Shown: in pieces, positions 1-11,790 of the stretch
Numbering within the stretch: position 1 is the stretch's first letter
How the letters are laid out: each line of letters starts with the position of its first letter
The notes under the pieces: model-generated
The model's input: only the letters and a program-made list of their open reading frames with translations
What the model was told of the DNA's origin: nothing
Databases searched by the model: none
Translations under genes and position numbers: made by a program
NCBI GenBank assembly: GCA_045589735.1
Contig: JAZNPQ010000041.1
Coordinates: forward strand, 1-37,600
DNA: 37,600 nucleotides
Reading direction: 5' to 3'
Source: Eubacteriales bacterium
GTDB taxonomy: Bacteria > Bacillota > Clostridia > Oscillospirales > CAG-272

Positions 1-58
1 ATAGGGCGTCACACACCGACTCTGAAGGTCGAAGGTTCGAATCCTTTCGGGCAGGCCA
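1..58 (+). tRNA. 3' part of a tRNA, probably tRNA-Arg(CCG); truncated by window start
   Basis: T arm GAAGG-TTCGAAT-CCTTT, acceptor 3' strand CGGGCAG-G-CCA, anticodon loop CA-CCG-AC. Has atypical A33 and a C:C mismatch in the anticodon stem. Confidence 0.75.
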
Positions 59-59
59 G

Positions 60-98
60 AAAAATCGACAAGCTTCTTTCAAAGCTTGTCGATTTTTT
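60..98. terminator. Bidirectional intrinsic terminator
   Basis: AAAAATCGACAAGCT...AGCTTGTCGATTTTT inverted repeat between the tRNA and the convergent acyltransferase. Confidence 0.8.
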
Positions 99-160
99 AT
101 TAGTTGCGAAAGCAACGGTATATCATTACTGAATTGTTACTTTGCAAACTATATTTTTAT

Positions 161-1474
161 TTATTCCTCTTTTTCTTCCTTCTCCTTCTTGTCTTCCTTC
201 GCGGCTTTTTTCTCGGCTACTGCCATTTTATACAGCTCCTCGGTGGCAAGTCTCGTCTTTGCAACAAGGTCTCCGGAGTTCTTCGGGAAGCAATAGTAAA
301 GTCCCTTCTGGTTCCCTATGCATATTACGTCGCCCTGCTCGTACCAAAAATAGTCGGCGTTAAGCGTATACGACGCGAGCGGCTTCTGGCTGTAGTCTAT
401 CTTTCCGTCGTCGCTGACAAGTCGGAATCCGTCTTTTCCGTGGGTAAGTCTGCCCGTTCCTACGTCGTACAGACAATCGGAATTGACAAGCATTTTTATG
501 TCTACCTTTACGTCGAGTCCGTATTCTCCGTTTAGTATCTCTTCCCTTACGCACTCTCGCTCCCAGCTAAACCAATCGGGAATGTGGTCAAATTCCGTCT
601 CGCCGTCAAGTGCCTTCATATAGCCGTATTCCGTAAGCTCGTACTTCTTGCCGCATGCCTTGCATACCAGATACTTTCCTTTGCCGACCGTTTTGCCTTC
701 GGTCTTGCAATTCGGACATTTATAAAGCACACGGTTGAGTCCGTCCGCGCGGAAGGGCTCGTCTATCTTTACCTTATTCTCCTGCTGCCACTTAAAATTA
801 TCAAACGTAAACTCTTCTCGCAGGATCTTATTTATCTCGGCGGGTGTCATATTCGCGATATCGTCGGGTGAGAGCACATATTTCATATCCGCCGAAATTT
901 TTACCTTACGCAGCTGGAGATTATTATACAGCGGATCTCTCAAAAACGCGCCGTACGTCTTTATCATTACGACCGGTGTTTTCATTACCTTGACCATTTT
1001 TCCAAGGCTGTCGGGCAGAACTGTGGCTGTACCGTCAAGACTGTACGCCGCTTCGGGATACATAAGCACCGAGCTTTTTAACTTTCTGACGGTGTAAAGT
1101 ATATCTCTGACAAGCGTCAGGTCGTTTACGTATTTGAGCGTCGGTATACATCCCACCTGTCTCATAAGCCACGTTTTACCGACGAATCCGTCAAGCGTTG
1201 ATACGATATTGAACGGGCGGGGATAGAGCAGAGTTGCCGCGATCTTGAAATCCATAAAGCAGGAATGGTTCATAAGATACAGACACGGTTCGTCCTTTCC
1301 GAGCTTTTCCATTCCTATCTTGTTGCACGAAAGCTCCGATTTTTTTGACGCATAGACCGACAGTGCCTTCGTGAGCGTTCTGAATACCATATTGGGCTTT
1401 ATCGGTTTTTTGTGTTCCTTCTCAGGTATTGCGACTACCTCATCGTAGGTCTTTTTTTGTGTCTTGATCTTCAT
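161..1474 (-). CDS. PlsC-like 1-acyl-sn-glycerol-3-phosphate acyltransferase with C-terminal Cys-rich extension
   Basis: NHSCFMD (NHx4D) and YPEA motifs; CPNC/CKAC motifs in the C-terminal half. Confidence 0.85.
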   Translation of the reverse strand: MKIKTQKKTYDEVVAIPEKEHKKPIKPNMVFRTLTKALSVYASKKSELSCNKIGMEKLGKDEPCLYLMNHSCFMDFKIAATLLYPRPFNIVSTLDGFVGKTWLMRQVGCIPTLKYVNDLTLVRDILYTVRKLKSSVLMYPEAAYSLDGTATVLPDSLGKMVKVMKTPVVMIKTYGAFLRDPLYNNLQLRKVKISADMKYVLSPDDIANMTPAEINKILREEFTFDNFKWQQENKVKIDEPFRADGLNRVLYKCPNCKTEGKTVGKGKYLVCKACGKKYELTEYGYMKALDGETEFDHIPDWFSWERECVREEILNGEYGLDVKVDIKMLVNSDCLYDVGTGRLTHGKDGFRLVSDDGKIDYSQKPLASYTLNADYFWYEQGDVICIGNQKGLYYCFPKNSGDLVAKTRLATEELYKMAVAEKKAAKEDKKEKEEKEE

Positions 1475-1497
1475 ATATATGTCTCTCCGATTTGTTT

Positions 1498-2154
1498 TTA
1501 CCAGCTGTATCCTGCTTTATTCAGCGCGTCAAGGCTCATATACCATTTGTCGGCAGCTCCGTTTCTTTGAAGCTTTCCGTTTTCTGTGACGCATTCATAT
1601 ACACAGTATATTCCGTCCGACGAATAGTATTCTATACCGTTTTCGGATTTTTGTGTCAGCACTCCGTTATTCCAATACCACACAGCACTTCCCTTCACCT
1701 CGACATATGCCGTCGGAACGTCTGGGTTTTCTGTCGTTACGTTTGTTTTTCTGTATAGTTTGCATTTTATCTCTTTTGTCTCGGAATCAAACTCAGGCTC
1801 AAGCAGAGTTCCAAGCTCGGTGTGCTTTGTGAACGTACCCGTGTTCGGCTGAAACATAAAGCAATCAAACGTTCCGTCTTTCTTCGACGATTTAAGGCGA
1901 ATATCCTTGTTACCGTCAAAATTCATATCAAGATATTCAAGATCGGTTCCGTCACAGCTCAGTACGCAAACGGACTTTCCGTCTTTTTTTACGGTTATAC
2001 GTGTAACTGTTCCCTTTTTACCGTCAAGCTCAAAGGAAAACGCGCTTCCCTCGGGTGTTACGGTTTCTATGTGCTTGCCACAACCGACAAAACAAACGGC
2101 AAGACATGAAATCGCAAGAAGCAGAGCTGACATTATCTTTACAGTTCTTATCAT
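1498..2154 (-). CDS. Hypothetical lipoprotein (start likely MIRTVK at 2154)
   Basis: Signal peptide ending FVGC lipobox; GGAG RBS upstream; DMNFDGNKD calcium-loop-like motif. Confidence 0.7.
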   Translation of the reverse strand: MIRTVKIMSALLLAISCLAVCFVGCGKHIETVTPEGSAFSFELDGKKGTVTRITVKKDGKSVCVLSCDGTDLEYLDMNFDGNKDIRLKSSKKDGTFDCFMFQPNTGTFTKHTELGTLLEPEFDSETKEIKCKLYRKTNVTTENPDVPTAYVEVKGSAVWYWNNGVLTQKSENGIEYYSSDGIYCVYECVTENGKLQRNGAADKWYMSLDALNKAGYSW

Positions 2155-2246
2155 AAAAAAACTCCGTTTATAAATAATTTTATACATTATAGCACATTGT
2201 CCACTATTTTTCAAGTTTTTTTGAGTTTCTTGTTCAAAATCACAAT

Positions 2247-2275
2247 TTGATTTTTGTCATTTATTATGGTATAAT
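2247..2275 (+). promoter_or_regulatory. Sigma-A promoter for the CarD-family gene
   Basis: TTGATT-17bp-TATAAT with extended TG. Confidence 0.6.
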
Positions 2276-2317
2276 ATTAATATAAATAATATATGTCAAC
2301 TCTATAGGAGGCACAAA

Positions 2318-2851
2318 ATGAAAGCTCTGACACCTATGGAACGCTTTAATATAAACGACGATATTCTTTATCTCGGCACAGGCATATGTCATATTGACGA
2401 CATACGCACCGAAAATTTCGGCACCGAGCCAAAGGAATATTTCGTTATGCACGCCGTAAGCGATCCGAGTTCTGTCATTTTTGTTCCCGTCGATTCGGAA
2501 AGACTGACTTCCTGTATGCTTGAGCTTCTCTCTCCCGACGAGATAAACGAGCTTATAGAAGAAGCCGAGGAAAACGATCTTGAATGGATACCCGACAACA
2601 AGCAACGTATGTTAAAATTCACCGAAATGATATCCTCGTGCAACCGACTTGACATCCTACTTATCTTCAAAGCGCTCTCTCTTATGAAAAGAGAGCTTGA
2701 GGGACAAAAGAAAAAATTTTACGCAACCGACGAGCGTTTGCTCGCATCTGCTTCAAAGGTCATAGTTGAGGAATTTTCATTCGTTCTTAAAATAGACCAA
2801 GGCGACGTAGTTCCTTATATACTCGACCGTGTTAAAAACAGCGTCACGTAA
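2318..2851 (+). CDS. CarD-family transcriptional regulator
   Basis: N-terminal FNINDDILYLGTGICHIDDI ... IFVPV pattern of the CarD RID domain; GGAGG RBS. Confidence 0.85.
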   Translation: MKALTPMERFNINDDILYLGTGICHIDDIRTENFGTEPKEYFVMHAVSDPSSVIFVPVDSERLTSCMLELLSPDEINELIEEAEENDLEWIPDNKQRMLKFTEMISSCNRLDILLIFKALSLMKRELEGQKKKFYATDERLLASASKVIVEEFSFVLKIDQGDVVPYILDRVKNSVT

Positions 2852-2881
2852 AAGACTTTGCTTTATTTGCAAGGTCTTTTT
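2852..2881 (+). terminator. Intrinsic terminator
   Basis: AAAGACTTTGC...GCAAGGTCTTTT hairpin after the stop codon. Confidence 0.6.
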
Positions 2882-2956
2882 CTGTTCTTTTATTGACAAA
2901 ACCGAGCAAGTATGATAAACTATAATATATTATCATATTTTAAGGAGGGAAAAAGC

Positions 2957-4396
2957 TTGAAAAAAATGATCATAGCGATAATTATCGCTGTCACTTTGCT
3001 GGTAGCAGGAATAGTTTCTACCATATTGATCATAAATACTCCTTCCATAGTAATGGTGCCAACCGTTACCTCCGCATTCTCGGATTTTATGAAGCGCGAC
3101 GACGTAAAGCAGATACAGAACGTGCTTGAAAACGGCTCGGTTGAATTCGATGTGCTTGACGAGGAGAGCAACACCGATGTCAGCGGCAAGCTTTATTTTG
3201 GGCTTGATGACTATAAGCTTATGGGAGAAAATATTGAATTTAAGCGCGGTGATATTTCGCTTTCGGGTGATTTTTATATAAGTAAGAATCTTTGCTACGC
3301 GCAGAACGAGGAAATACTTGACGGCACCTTCGGTATCAAATCGGGAAACGCGGCAGAAGAGTTTGAAAAGAGTATTTTCGCATTCGGTTCGGGGTCAAAA
3401 TACGCCGCAGATGAAGAAACGCACGATTCCGTTTATGAAATTCTTTCGGCGCTCGACAATCATTTCCCCGATAAAATGAAAAAGGATGCAGGAAAGCTCA
3501 TCACAAAATATACGACCAGTCTTCAAAATATTATTTCAAAGTACGGTGAATTTTCATCCGAAAAAGGAACCTTCAAAGTTGGCACGTCCTATATGAAGGC
3601 GCGTATGATGACGCTCGTTCTTGACGAAGCTGCTATCTCAAATATCGCATCGGATTTTCTCACTCTCCTTGCAGAGGATGAGGGCTTCAAGGATTTCGTT
3701 TATACCTATGGCGATAAGCTCATAAGCATTTTTAATCTGACCGATACGAACAACGCCGCTGAGTTATATGCCAAAATAACAGACGATATAAATAACTGTA
3801 TCTCTAATATAAAAAACGACGTCAAGGGTCATAAGATAACGTTTGACGTAATCACGCCGAAGCTTTCAACAAAGCTCCTTGCCTTCACGTTAACCATTGA
3901 TAAAAACGGAGTCGTCAGCACCTACGGCGCTGATTTTGGTACTGAAGGTGTAAAAAGCTCAAACCTTATTACACTGAACCTTAACGGAACCTCGGTGGAA
4001 TATAAGCTTGGCAGTGACTCAAAGAGCTTTTCTGTCGTTGTTGAAGATTTCGCTAAAATAACCTACTATCTTGACGGAAAAGACGGCTTTGAGCTTGCGC
4101 TCCTCTTATTCTATGAGGGAGAAGAACGTTATGAAATATCCGGCACAGTTACCTCGGATAAGCATCTCACTTGTTACGATATAACAAATTATAAGTACAC
4201 TTATAAAAAAGACGGCGCGACGGATTTTGAAAATACCGTTGAAAAATCGCTTAATATAAAGCTTAGTATTTCGGACAAGGACAAAATGCCGACACCGATA
4301 AAGGAATATGAATCCTTCCTTGAAATTGACGACGAACGATTCAGCACTATTGAGCAAAAATTCGTTGCCATATTTGGAAATAAAGAACAAGAATAA
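2957..4396 (+). CDS. Hypothetical membrane-anchored extracellular protein (likely TTG start at 2957)
   Basis: AAGGAGG RBS before TTG; N-terminal hydrophobic helix; long ORF; TTGACA-17-TAAACT promoter at 2893-2921. Confidence 0.7.
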   Translation: MKKMIIAIIIAVTLLVAGIVSTILIINTPSIVMVPTVTSAFSDFMKRDDVKQIQNVLENGSVEFDVLDEESNTDVSGKLYFGLDDYKLMGENIEFKRGDISLSGDFYISKNLCYAQNEEILDGTFGIKSGNAAEEFEKSIFAFGSGSKYAADEETHDSVYEILSALDNHFPDKMKKDAGKLITKYTTSLQNIISKYGEFSSEKGTFKVGTSYMKARMMTLVLDEAAISNIASDFLTLLAEDEGFKDFVYTYGDKLISIFNLTDTNNAAELYAKITDDINNCISNIKNDVKGHKITFDVITPKLSTKLLAFTLTIDKNGVVSTYGADFGTEGVKSSNLITLNLNGTSVEYKLGSDSKSFSVVVEDFAKITYYLDGKDGFELALLLFYEGEERYEISGTVTSDKHLTCYDITNYKYTYKKDGATDFENTVEKSLNIKLSISDKDKMPTPIKEYESFLEIDDERFSTIEQKFVAIFGNKEQE

Positions 4397-4434
4397 AAAA
4401 GTATCTGTCTCATTTCAGAGACAGATACTTTTTT
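4396..4434. terminator. Bidirectional terminator
   Basis: AAAAAAGTATCTGTCTC...GAGACAGATACTTTTTT between convergent genes. Confidence 0.8.
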
Positions 4435-4993
4435 AAAGCGTATAATCAACTATCCCCTGATAAATTCCCTCTGCAAAAAGTCCCGGACTGTTAAGCATAA
4501 GAGAGGCGTCGTTTGGATTGGTGATAAAGCCAAGCTCGACAAGTATTGCCGGCATTGCCGTTTTTCTGAGTACGTAAAGTCCCGGGCGCACGAACATTCC
4601 CCTATTACGCAGTCCCGTAGTTTCGCTCATTCGCGCGAGTATATCCTCTCCGAGCGAAAATGCGGCAGACGGCTCACTGTATGCAAACGCTTCGCTCCCT
4701 GTTGCCGACTCTATATTCGACGCATTGGTATGCAGACTTATGAAATAGTCAGCACCCCATGAATTCGCGTCGTTAACTCTCGCGCGAAGCGAAGATGTGT
4801 TCGAGGTTCCTATCTGTGTATCGGGTGTCGGTCTTGACAGTCGTACTTCAAAATTTCCGTTATTCCGAAGTCTTTCGGCAAGCTCTATACCTATTCTGTA
4901 TACAAGATCCTGCTCGCGAAGTCCGTTTCCCTCTGCTCCCGCATTTGGATTTACGGGATTGTGCCCCTGATCAATATAAATCTTTATCGCCAT
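4433..4993 (-). CDS. N-acetylmuramoyl-L-alanine amidase (Amidase_3), no signal peptide
   Basis: IDQGH, E, ISLHTNA and ILVELGFITN zinc-amidase motifs. Confidence 0.92.
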   Translation of the reverse strand: MAIKIYIDQGHNPVNPNAGAEGNGLREQDLVYRIGIELAERLRNNGNFEVRLSRPTPDTQIGTSNTSSLRARVNDANSWGADYFISLHTNASNIESATGSEAFAYSEPSAAFSLGEDILARMSETTGLRNRGMFVRPGLYVLRKTAMPAILVELGFITNPNDASLMLNSPGLFAEGIYQGIVDYTL

Positions 4994-5051
4994 ATACACC
5001 TTTTCCTTTGAGTTTTACTATAATTATATTCATATTACACAGAAAATGTGA

Positions 5052-5094
5052 AAGAGACTGTATAAAACGCATTTAGCTTTTTATACAGTCTCTT
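5052..5094 (-). terminator. Terminator of the upstream lipoprotein gene
   Basis: AAGAGACTGTATAAAA...TTTTATACAGTCTCTT inverted repeat. Confidence 0.7.
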
Positions 5095-5108
5095 ATTAAT
5101 TTTTAGCT

Positions 5109-6779
5109 TTAGTTATCCGTCACAAATTTATCGTAAGCAATTACGTCATCCAAAGGAATGTCGATGTCTGTTTCGTAAATATCAACGCCTGAGCCTATGA
5201 TTACTCCGGGGTTATAGACCAATCCGTTCTCTCCGTCGAAATTTTCTTCATAAGTATTTATTTTAGGATGCTCCGGAGCTGTAGCGGTACGGAAGAAGTG
5301 TATGTCTTGGAATATAAGAATATCCCTGTCCTTCATTATGAGCTTGCCGTTCCAACCGTCCTTATATGCTGATTTCAGGGTAGCAATGTTGCCGTTCTCA
5401 CTATACTTTCCCATGTCAATCCGCTGCGCATTGTTTCCCCATACATCTATGCTGTATACGGTATACATACCGCCGTCTATAACCAACAGATAGGTCACCG
5501 TGTCCCCGTCATCGTCGTTTGCCAGATAGGTTCCGATGAATCCCGGCTTCTCCATCTCTGTAGTATCGTCAGCGTTTCCGTTGTTAGAGGGAAAATCCGC
5601 ATACGGCGCGTGGTGGTAGAAGACAACTCCGTCAACATCAATTTTTTCACCGATGGAAAAGTTATCAATTTCAAAGTTCGTATCTGTAGACATTACAACA
5701 AGAACGTTATTACGGAGATAGTATTTCCCTCCGTCCATCTTTTCGCCCTCGTTTCCGTACATGTCGTACATAATCCAGCTTCCGTCATCGAGGAAAAGCC
5801 AACGTATATAACTTCCGTCGCCAAGATCCTTTGTCTCATAGGTTGCAGTAAACGGTCCGTTTGAAGGGTCTTTCTGCGTTGTCGTGTCAACTGCTCCGGT
5901 AACGGGACGGTCTGTGGGATATACTACATCCGGCTCATCCTCTGTATAGCTTGGCACAGTATAGTGAGGATCGTCGTCGGGATGTACTGAGTACTCAGGC
6001 TCCTTTGTATAATCCCCTTTGTTTGTATTATTTACAGCGGTGTTTTCATTAGGACGCACCGTGTCCTGGGGCTTTATTGTTGCGGCGTCTTCATTCGGAC
6101 GCATCGTGTCCTGAGGCTTCGTTGTTGCGGAGTTTTTTTCCGGAGCATATTCTACGCCGTCTATTGTGAGCTTCCCGGATTCAAACGAATACGAATATTC
6201 CTCGGTTTTGCCGTCAACTGTTATTGCAATTTTGTTTTCCTTTATTTCGTACCTTCCTGTCTTTGTGACAACCGTGATATCGGTAGAGTTCTTTATACTT
6301 ACGCTACCGTCGGCTTTAAAGGTGATTAAGGTCGCACCGTCATTCGTGAGATACGTACCCGACAGTACAGCTTCACCGAGCTTTCCGAGAAGCTCATATA
6401 CGGTAAATTCTCTGTCGCCTTCCTCGTAATCATCGGGTCCCTCGTCGGCAATCTTGAATTTAACTCCGTCGATAACAACGTAGGACTCGCTCTTTTCTTT
6501 GTAGGTGAATACCGCTTTGTTCTTCGCGGCATCCTTGATCTCTATCTCATCGTCGTCTATTTCATAGTCAAAAGTATATGACTCTGCATCCTTACCGTCA
6601 ACAACAACGACAAGTATCTCCTCTGCCTTTTCATCAAACGAGATATAGTATTCGATATCTCCGTCCTCACGGCAGAACCATACGCTTTTTTCTCCGAACA
6701 GATCACAGGATGCAAGTACGGGTAGCACAAGCGCGCAGACGAGAACAAATGTCAGCGCAAGTATCAAACGCCTTTTCAT
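5109..6779 (-). CDS. Multidomain acidic lipoprotein with repeated beta-rich modules and a Pro/Thr linker
   Basis: MKRRLIL...VLASC lipobox; GGAGG RBS; about four similar ~90-aa beta modules. Confidence 0.75.
   Translation of the reverse strand: MKRRLILALTFVLVCALVLPVLASCDLFGEKSVWFCREDGDIEYYISFDEKAEEILVVVVDGKDAESYTFDYEIDDDEIEIKDAAKNKAVFTYKEKSESYVVIDGVKFKIADEGPDDYEEGDREFTVYELLGKLGEAVLSGTYLTNDGATLITFKADGSVSIKNSTDITVVTKTGRYEIKENKIAITVDGKTEEYSYSFESGKLTIDGVEYAPEKNSATTKPQDTMRPNEDAATIKPQDTVRPNENTAVNNTNKGDYTKEPEYSVHPDDDPHYTVPSYTEDEPDVVYPTDRPVTGAVDTTTQKDPSNGPFTATYETKDLGDGSYIRWLFLDDGSWIMYDMYGNEGEKMDGGKYYLRNNVLVVMSTDTNFEIDNFSIGEKIDVDGVVFYHHAPYADFPSNNGNADDTTEMEKPGFIGTYLANDDDGDTVTYLLVIDGGMYTVYSIDVWGNNAQRIDMGKYSENGNIATLKSAYKDGWNGKLIMKDRDILIFQDIHFFRTATAPEHPKINTYEENFDGENGLVYNPGVIIGSGVDIYETDIDIPLDDVIAYDKFVTDN
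6045..6130. repeat. Two-copy 45-bp (15-aa) tandem repeat in the lipoprotein linker
   Basis: ATTKPQDTMRPNE / ATIKPQDTVRPNE. Confidence 0.8.
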
Positions 6780-6925
6780 AAAAACCTCCAAAATTTTCTA
6801 TATTAATTTCATTGTATCACATTTTATTTTTTATGTCAACAAATATAATAAAATACTTTTTTGCATATTTTCGTATATCACGAATAAGATTTTAACAGAT
6901 TCTTTTAAAAAGAGAGGATATTACA

Positions 6926-8239
6926 GTGAAAAAATTTATGTTTTGTGTATTTGCGCTTGTCTTTTGCTTGATTTGTGCGTTACCCATCGGGGCTGATGAT
7001 GTTATACCCATATCATCGGAGCAGGTAAGCTCGGCTGTCTCTCCCGCACTTTCGATAATTGCCGCAGATTCGGGTATGGCTAAGGCAGGGCTTGTCGGGC
7101 GTACGCTTGTCTTTTCGTCCGACGATTTCTGCCGTGCGCTGAATCTTTCAAGGGTCGAAAGTATTACCGTCACTTCCCTTCCTGATGCAACATCAGGGCG
7201 CTTACTTCTCGGAACAACGCTTGTCTCGTCGGGTCAGAAAATTTCGTCGGCAAACCTTGACCTTCTGGCATTTTCTCCCGCGTCGGACGAAAAATGCTCC
7301 GCCGAATTTGACTTCACAGTGGCAGATCTCGGCTATACGCTCACCTGCTCGGTTTATATGCTTGACAAAATTGATAAGTCTCCCATATCTGCTCACAGCT
7401 CTGACGTGTCACTAAAGCTCTCTGCCTATTCCGACATTTCAGCGTTTGGCAACCTCCCTGCGTACGATCCCGAGGGAAGTGAGCTTCGGTATGAAATAAT
7501 ACGTTATCCCTCTCACGGACTGCTTATAATGAATGATACCTCTGTCGGTGATTACGTTTACCTGCCGTCAAAGAATTATTCGGGTACAGACAGCTTTAAA
7601 TACGTTGTACGCGACAAGTACGGTAATTATTCCGAGTCTTCGACAGTTAACATAAACGTAACGCGTCTGTCTTTAAAATACGTATATTACGATATGCTGA
7701 ATCACCCTGCGAACAACTCTGCGCTGATGCTTGCCGAGCTTGGCATTATGCAAGGAAGCAATGACGGCGGCAAGTACTGCTTTTCTCCCCAAGGCAATGT
7801 CAGCCGCGAGGAATTTACCGTTATGGCTATGAAAGCAGCGGGTATCAATGATCTGCCAACAGTCACATCTACCGATTTTTCTGACGACTCCGACATCTCT
7901 GCCGCTTCGAAGCCGTATATTTCCGCAGCAAAGCAGCTCGGATATCTTGACGGACTTACCGACAGTTCAAATTTCTACCCGAATACTCCTATTACAAGAA
8001 GCGAAGCCGCACTTATAGTTGACCGTATTGTCGGTGCTTCGGGCATTGTCGGTTCATTCTCATTTTCTCCCAGCTTCTCCGATTCGTCAGATATTCCCGT
8101 TTGGGCTGAACGCTCGGTCGAAAGCCTGCATCTTCTTGGTATACTCGACGATGTTGGCGGAAAAATTTGCGCGTCCGATTCTCTCACTCGCGCCGATGCC
8201 GCCGTTATGATAACCTCGGTCTTAAAGCTCAAAAAATAA
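6926..8239 (+). CDS. Secreted S-layer homology (SLH) domain protein with an Ig/cadherin-like domain
   Basis: Signal peptide; YSGTDSFKYVV Ig-like motif; three SLH repeats (VSREEF, ITRSEAA, LTRADAA). Confidence 0.85.
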   Translation: MKKFMFCVFALVFCLICALPIGADDVIPISSEQVSSAVSPALSIIAADSGMAKAGLVGRTLVFSSDDFCRALNLSRVESITVTSLPDATSGRLLLGTTLVSSGQKISSANLDLLAFSPASDEKCSAEFDFTVADLGYTLTCSVYMLDKIDKSPISAHSSDVSLKLSAYSDISAFGNLPAYDPEGSELRYEIIRYPSHGLLIMNDTSVGDYVYLPSKNYSGTDSFKYVVRDKYGNYSESSTVNINVTRLSLKYVYYDMLNHPANNSALMLAELGIMQGSNDGGKYCFSPQGNVSREEFTVMAMKAAGINDLPTVTSTDFSDDSDISAASKPYISAAKQLGYLDGLTDSSNFYPNTPITRSEAALIVDRIVGASGIVGSFSFSPSFSDSSDIPVWAERSVESLHLLGILDDVGGKICASDSLTRADAAVMITSVLKLKK

Positions 8240-8240
8240 A

Positions 8241-8272
8241 AAGAAGGAAAACGCTAAAGCGTTTTCCTTCTT
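8241..8272. terminator. Bidirectional terminator
   Basis: AAGAAGGAAAACGC-TAAA-GCGTTTTCCTTCTT. Confidence 0.8.
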
Positions 8273-8276
8273 GAAA

Positions 8277-9908
<1,632 letters not shown>

Positions 9909-9918
9909 TTACCTCCGA

Positions 9919-10218
<300 letters not shown>

Positions 10219-10262
10219 TTATATGCGCTATTTTGCGTAATATTTTATAAATTTAATGTTTT

Positions 10263-10289
10263 TTGGCACTCTTGATGTTTGAGTGCTAA
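10263..10289 (-). promoter_or_regulatory. CIRCE element (HrcA operator)
   Basis: TTGGCACTC-N9-GAGTGCTAA, one mismatch to TTAGCACTC-N9-GAGTGCTAA, upstream of groES. Confidence 0.95.
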
Positions 10290-10301
10290 CCAACAATGCT
10301 T

Positions 10302-10329
10302 ATTATACACCATTACAGTAAAATTGCAA
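10302..10329 (-). promoter_or_regulatory. Sigma-A promoter of groESL
   Basis: TTGCAA-16bp-TATAAT on the minus strand, just upstream of CIRCE. Confidence 0.7.
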
Positions 10330-10376
10330 TAGTTTTTTTCATAATTAACACTTTATTAACATTTTTTGGAGGCTTT

Positions 10377-11723
10377 GTGAGCATTATAGAAGCTATTAAC
10401 CGTTTTTTAGGTGTTCTTGTGCCTATATCTTTGTTTTCTGTCGGCATTTATTATTCTATTAAGCTTCGCTTTTTTTGGCTCTTTCACCCTATCAAAATAA
10501 CATCCTCGATGTTAAAAAATGACTCCGTTAACGGTATCTCTCCGTTCCGCGCGGTCACTCTGGCACTTGCAGGCACGCTTGGGGTTGGAAATATTGTCGG
10601 AGTTGCGAGTGCTATTGCCCTTGGCGGCTTTGGTGCGATCTTTTGGATGTGGGTCAGCGCGCTTGTCGCTATGATGTTAAAATATGCCGAAATAGTGCTT
10701 TCTGTCTCTCACAGGCGAACCGACAAAAAGGGCTTTTACGGAGGCGCGTTTTATTACATACGCGACCTTTTTTCGAGGATAGGCGCCGACAAGTCAGGTG
10801 CTGTTCTTGCTTCGCTGTTCGCAATATTTATGATAATCGACAGCTTTACCACCGGAAATATGGTTCAGATAAATTCCGCCGCAAGCTCAGCCTCATCTGT
10901 ATTCGGTATTTCTCCGATTTTTGTGGGTATTTCGGTCGCATTGATTACTTTTTTTGTCGCAATCACGGGCGCTCGCGGCGTATCAAAGCTCACAGAATGG
11001 CTCATCCCGATTTTATCCCTCGGTTATATAGTTATATCTATTTGGGTCATTCTCCTTAATGCGAATGAAATTCCCACGGCTTTCGGGCAGATTTTTTCAT
11101 CGGCATTCGATTTTGACAGCGCTGTCGGCGGCATTTTCGGTTTTCTCACATCCAGAGCATTGCGCTTTGGAACCATGCGCGGTCTGCTATCAAACGAAGC
11201 AGGCTGCGGATCGTCCCCCACGGCTCACGCCTCGGCTGATGCAAAAAGCCCTGCCGAGCAAGGCTTTTGGGGAATATTCGAGGTGTTTGTCGATACGGTA
11301 ATTCTCTGCACGCTCACAGCGCTTGTCATTATTATAAATTACGATGCCGTTCGTCACCTGTCAAGCAACGGAATCATGATGGCTATACGTGCCTATTCCG
11401 CGACGCTCGGTTCTTTTGCGGAATATTTTTTGTCTCTGTCGGTCACGGTCTTCGGTCTTGCCACTATTATATGCCGCGCCCACTACGGAAGCGAAACTGT
11501 ACGCTGTCTTTTCGGCAGAAAGAAACGCTTTCCTGTATTTTTATTCCTTATATTATATTGCTCGGTCACGGTGCTTGGCGCGGTCATCTCTCCCGAAGCA
11601 GTAATGTCTGCCGCTGATCTTTCAATAGGCGCTATGACGCTTATAAACGTTTTTGTGCTTTTTTTGTACCGAAAAGAGGTTTTCTGTGAGACCGAATCTT
11701 TTTTCGGTAAAAACAAACTTTAA
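10377..11723 (+). CDS. Sodium:alanine/glycine symporter (AgcS family); likely GTG start at 10377
   Basis: GTLGVGNIVGVASAIALGGFGAIFWMW and SNEAGCGS motifs; GGAGG RBS. Confidence 0.93.
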   Translation: MSIIEAINRFLGVLVPISLFSVGIYYSIKLRFFWLFHPIKITSSMLKNDSVNGISPFRAVTLALAGTLGVGNIVGVASAIALGGFGAIFWMWVSALVAMMLKYAEIVLSVSHRRTDKKGFYGGAFYYIRDLFSRIGADKSGAVLASLFAIFMIIDSFTTGNMVQINSAASSASSVFGISPIFVGISVALITFFVAITGARGVSKLTEWLIPILSLGYIVISIWVILLNANEIPTAFGQIFSSAFDFDSAVGGIFGFLTSRALRFGTMRGLLSNEAGCGSSPTAHASADAKSPAEQGFWGIFEVFVDTVILCTLTALVIIINYDAVRHLSSNGIMMAIRAYSATLGSFAEYFLSLSVTVFGLATIICRAHYGSETVRCLFGRKKRFPVFLFLILYCSVTVLGAVISPEAVMSAADLSIGAMTLINVFVLFLYRKEVFCETESFFGKNKL

Positions 11724-11725
11724 TC

Positions 11726-11754
11726 TTGACAATATTTTGAAAAAGTAATATAAT
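11726..11754 (+). promoter_or_regulatory. Sigma-A promoter
   Basis: TTGACA-17bp-TATAAT. Confidence 0.75.
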
Positions 11755-11790
11755 TAAAACACCAAAATAAAATTCAAGGAGGGTTTTTCA

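Noticed and set aside
4433-4993. Amidase as the lysin of the capsid module
   Set aside because: 24 kb away, no holin nearby and no TGGCACT repeats upstream; a host cell-wall or sporulation role is more parsimonious.
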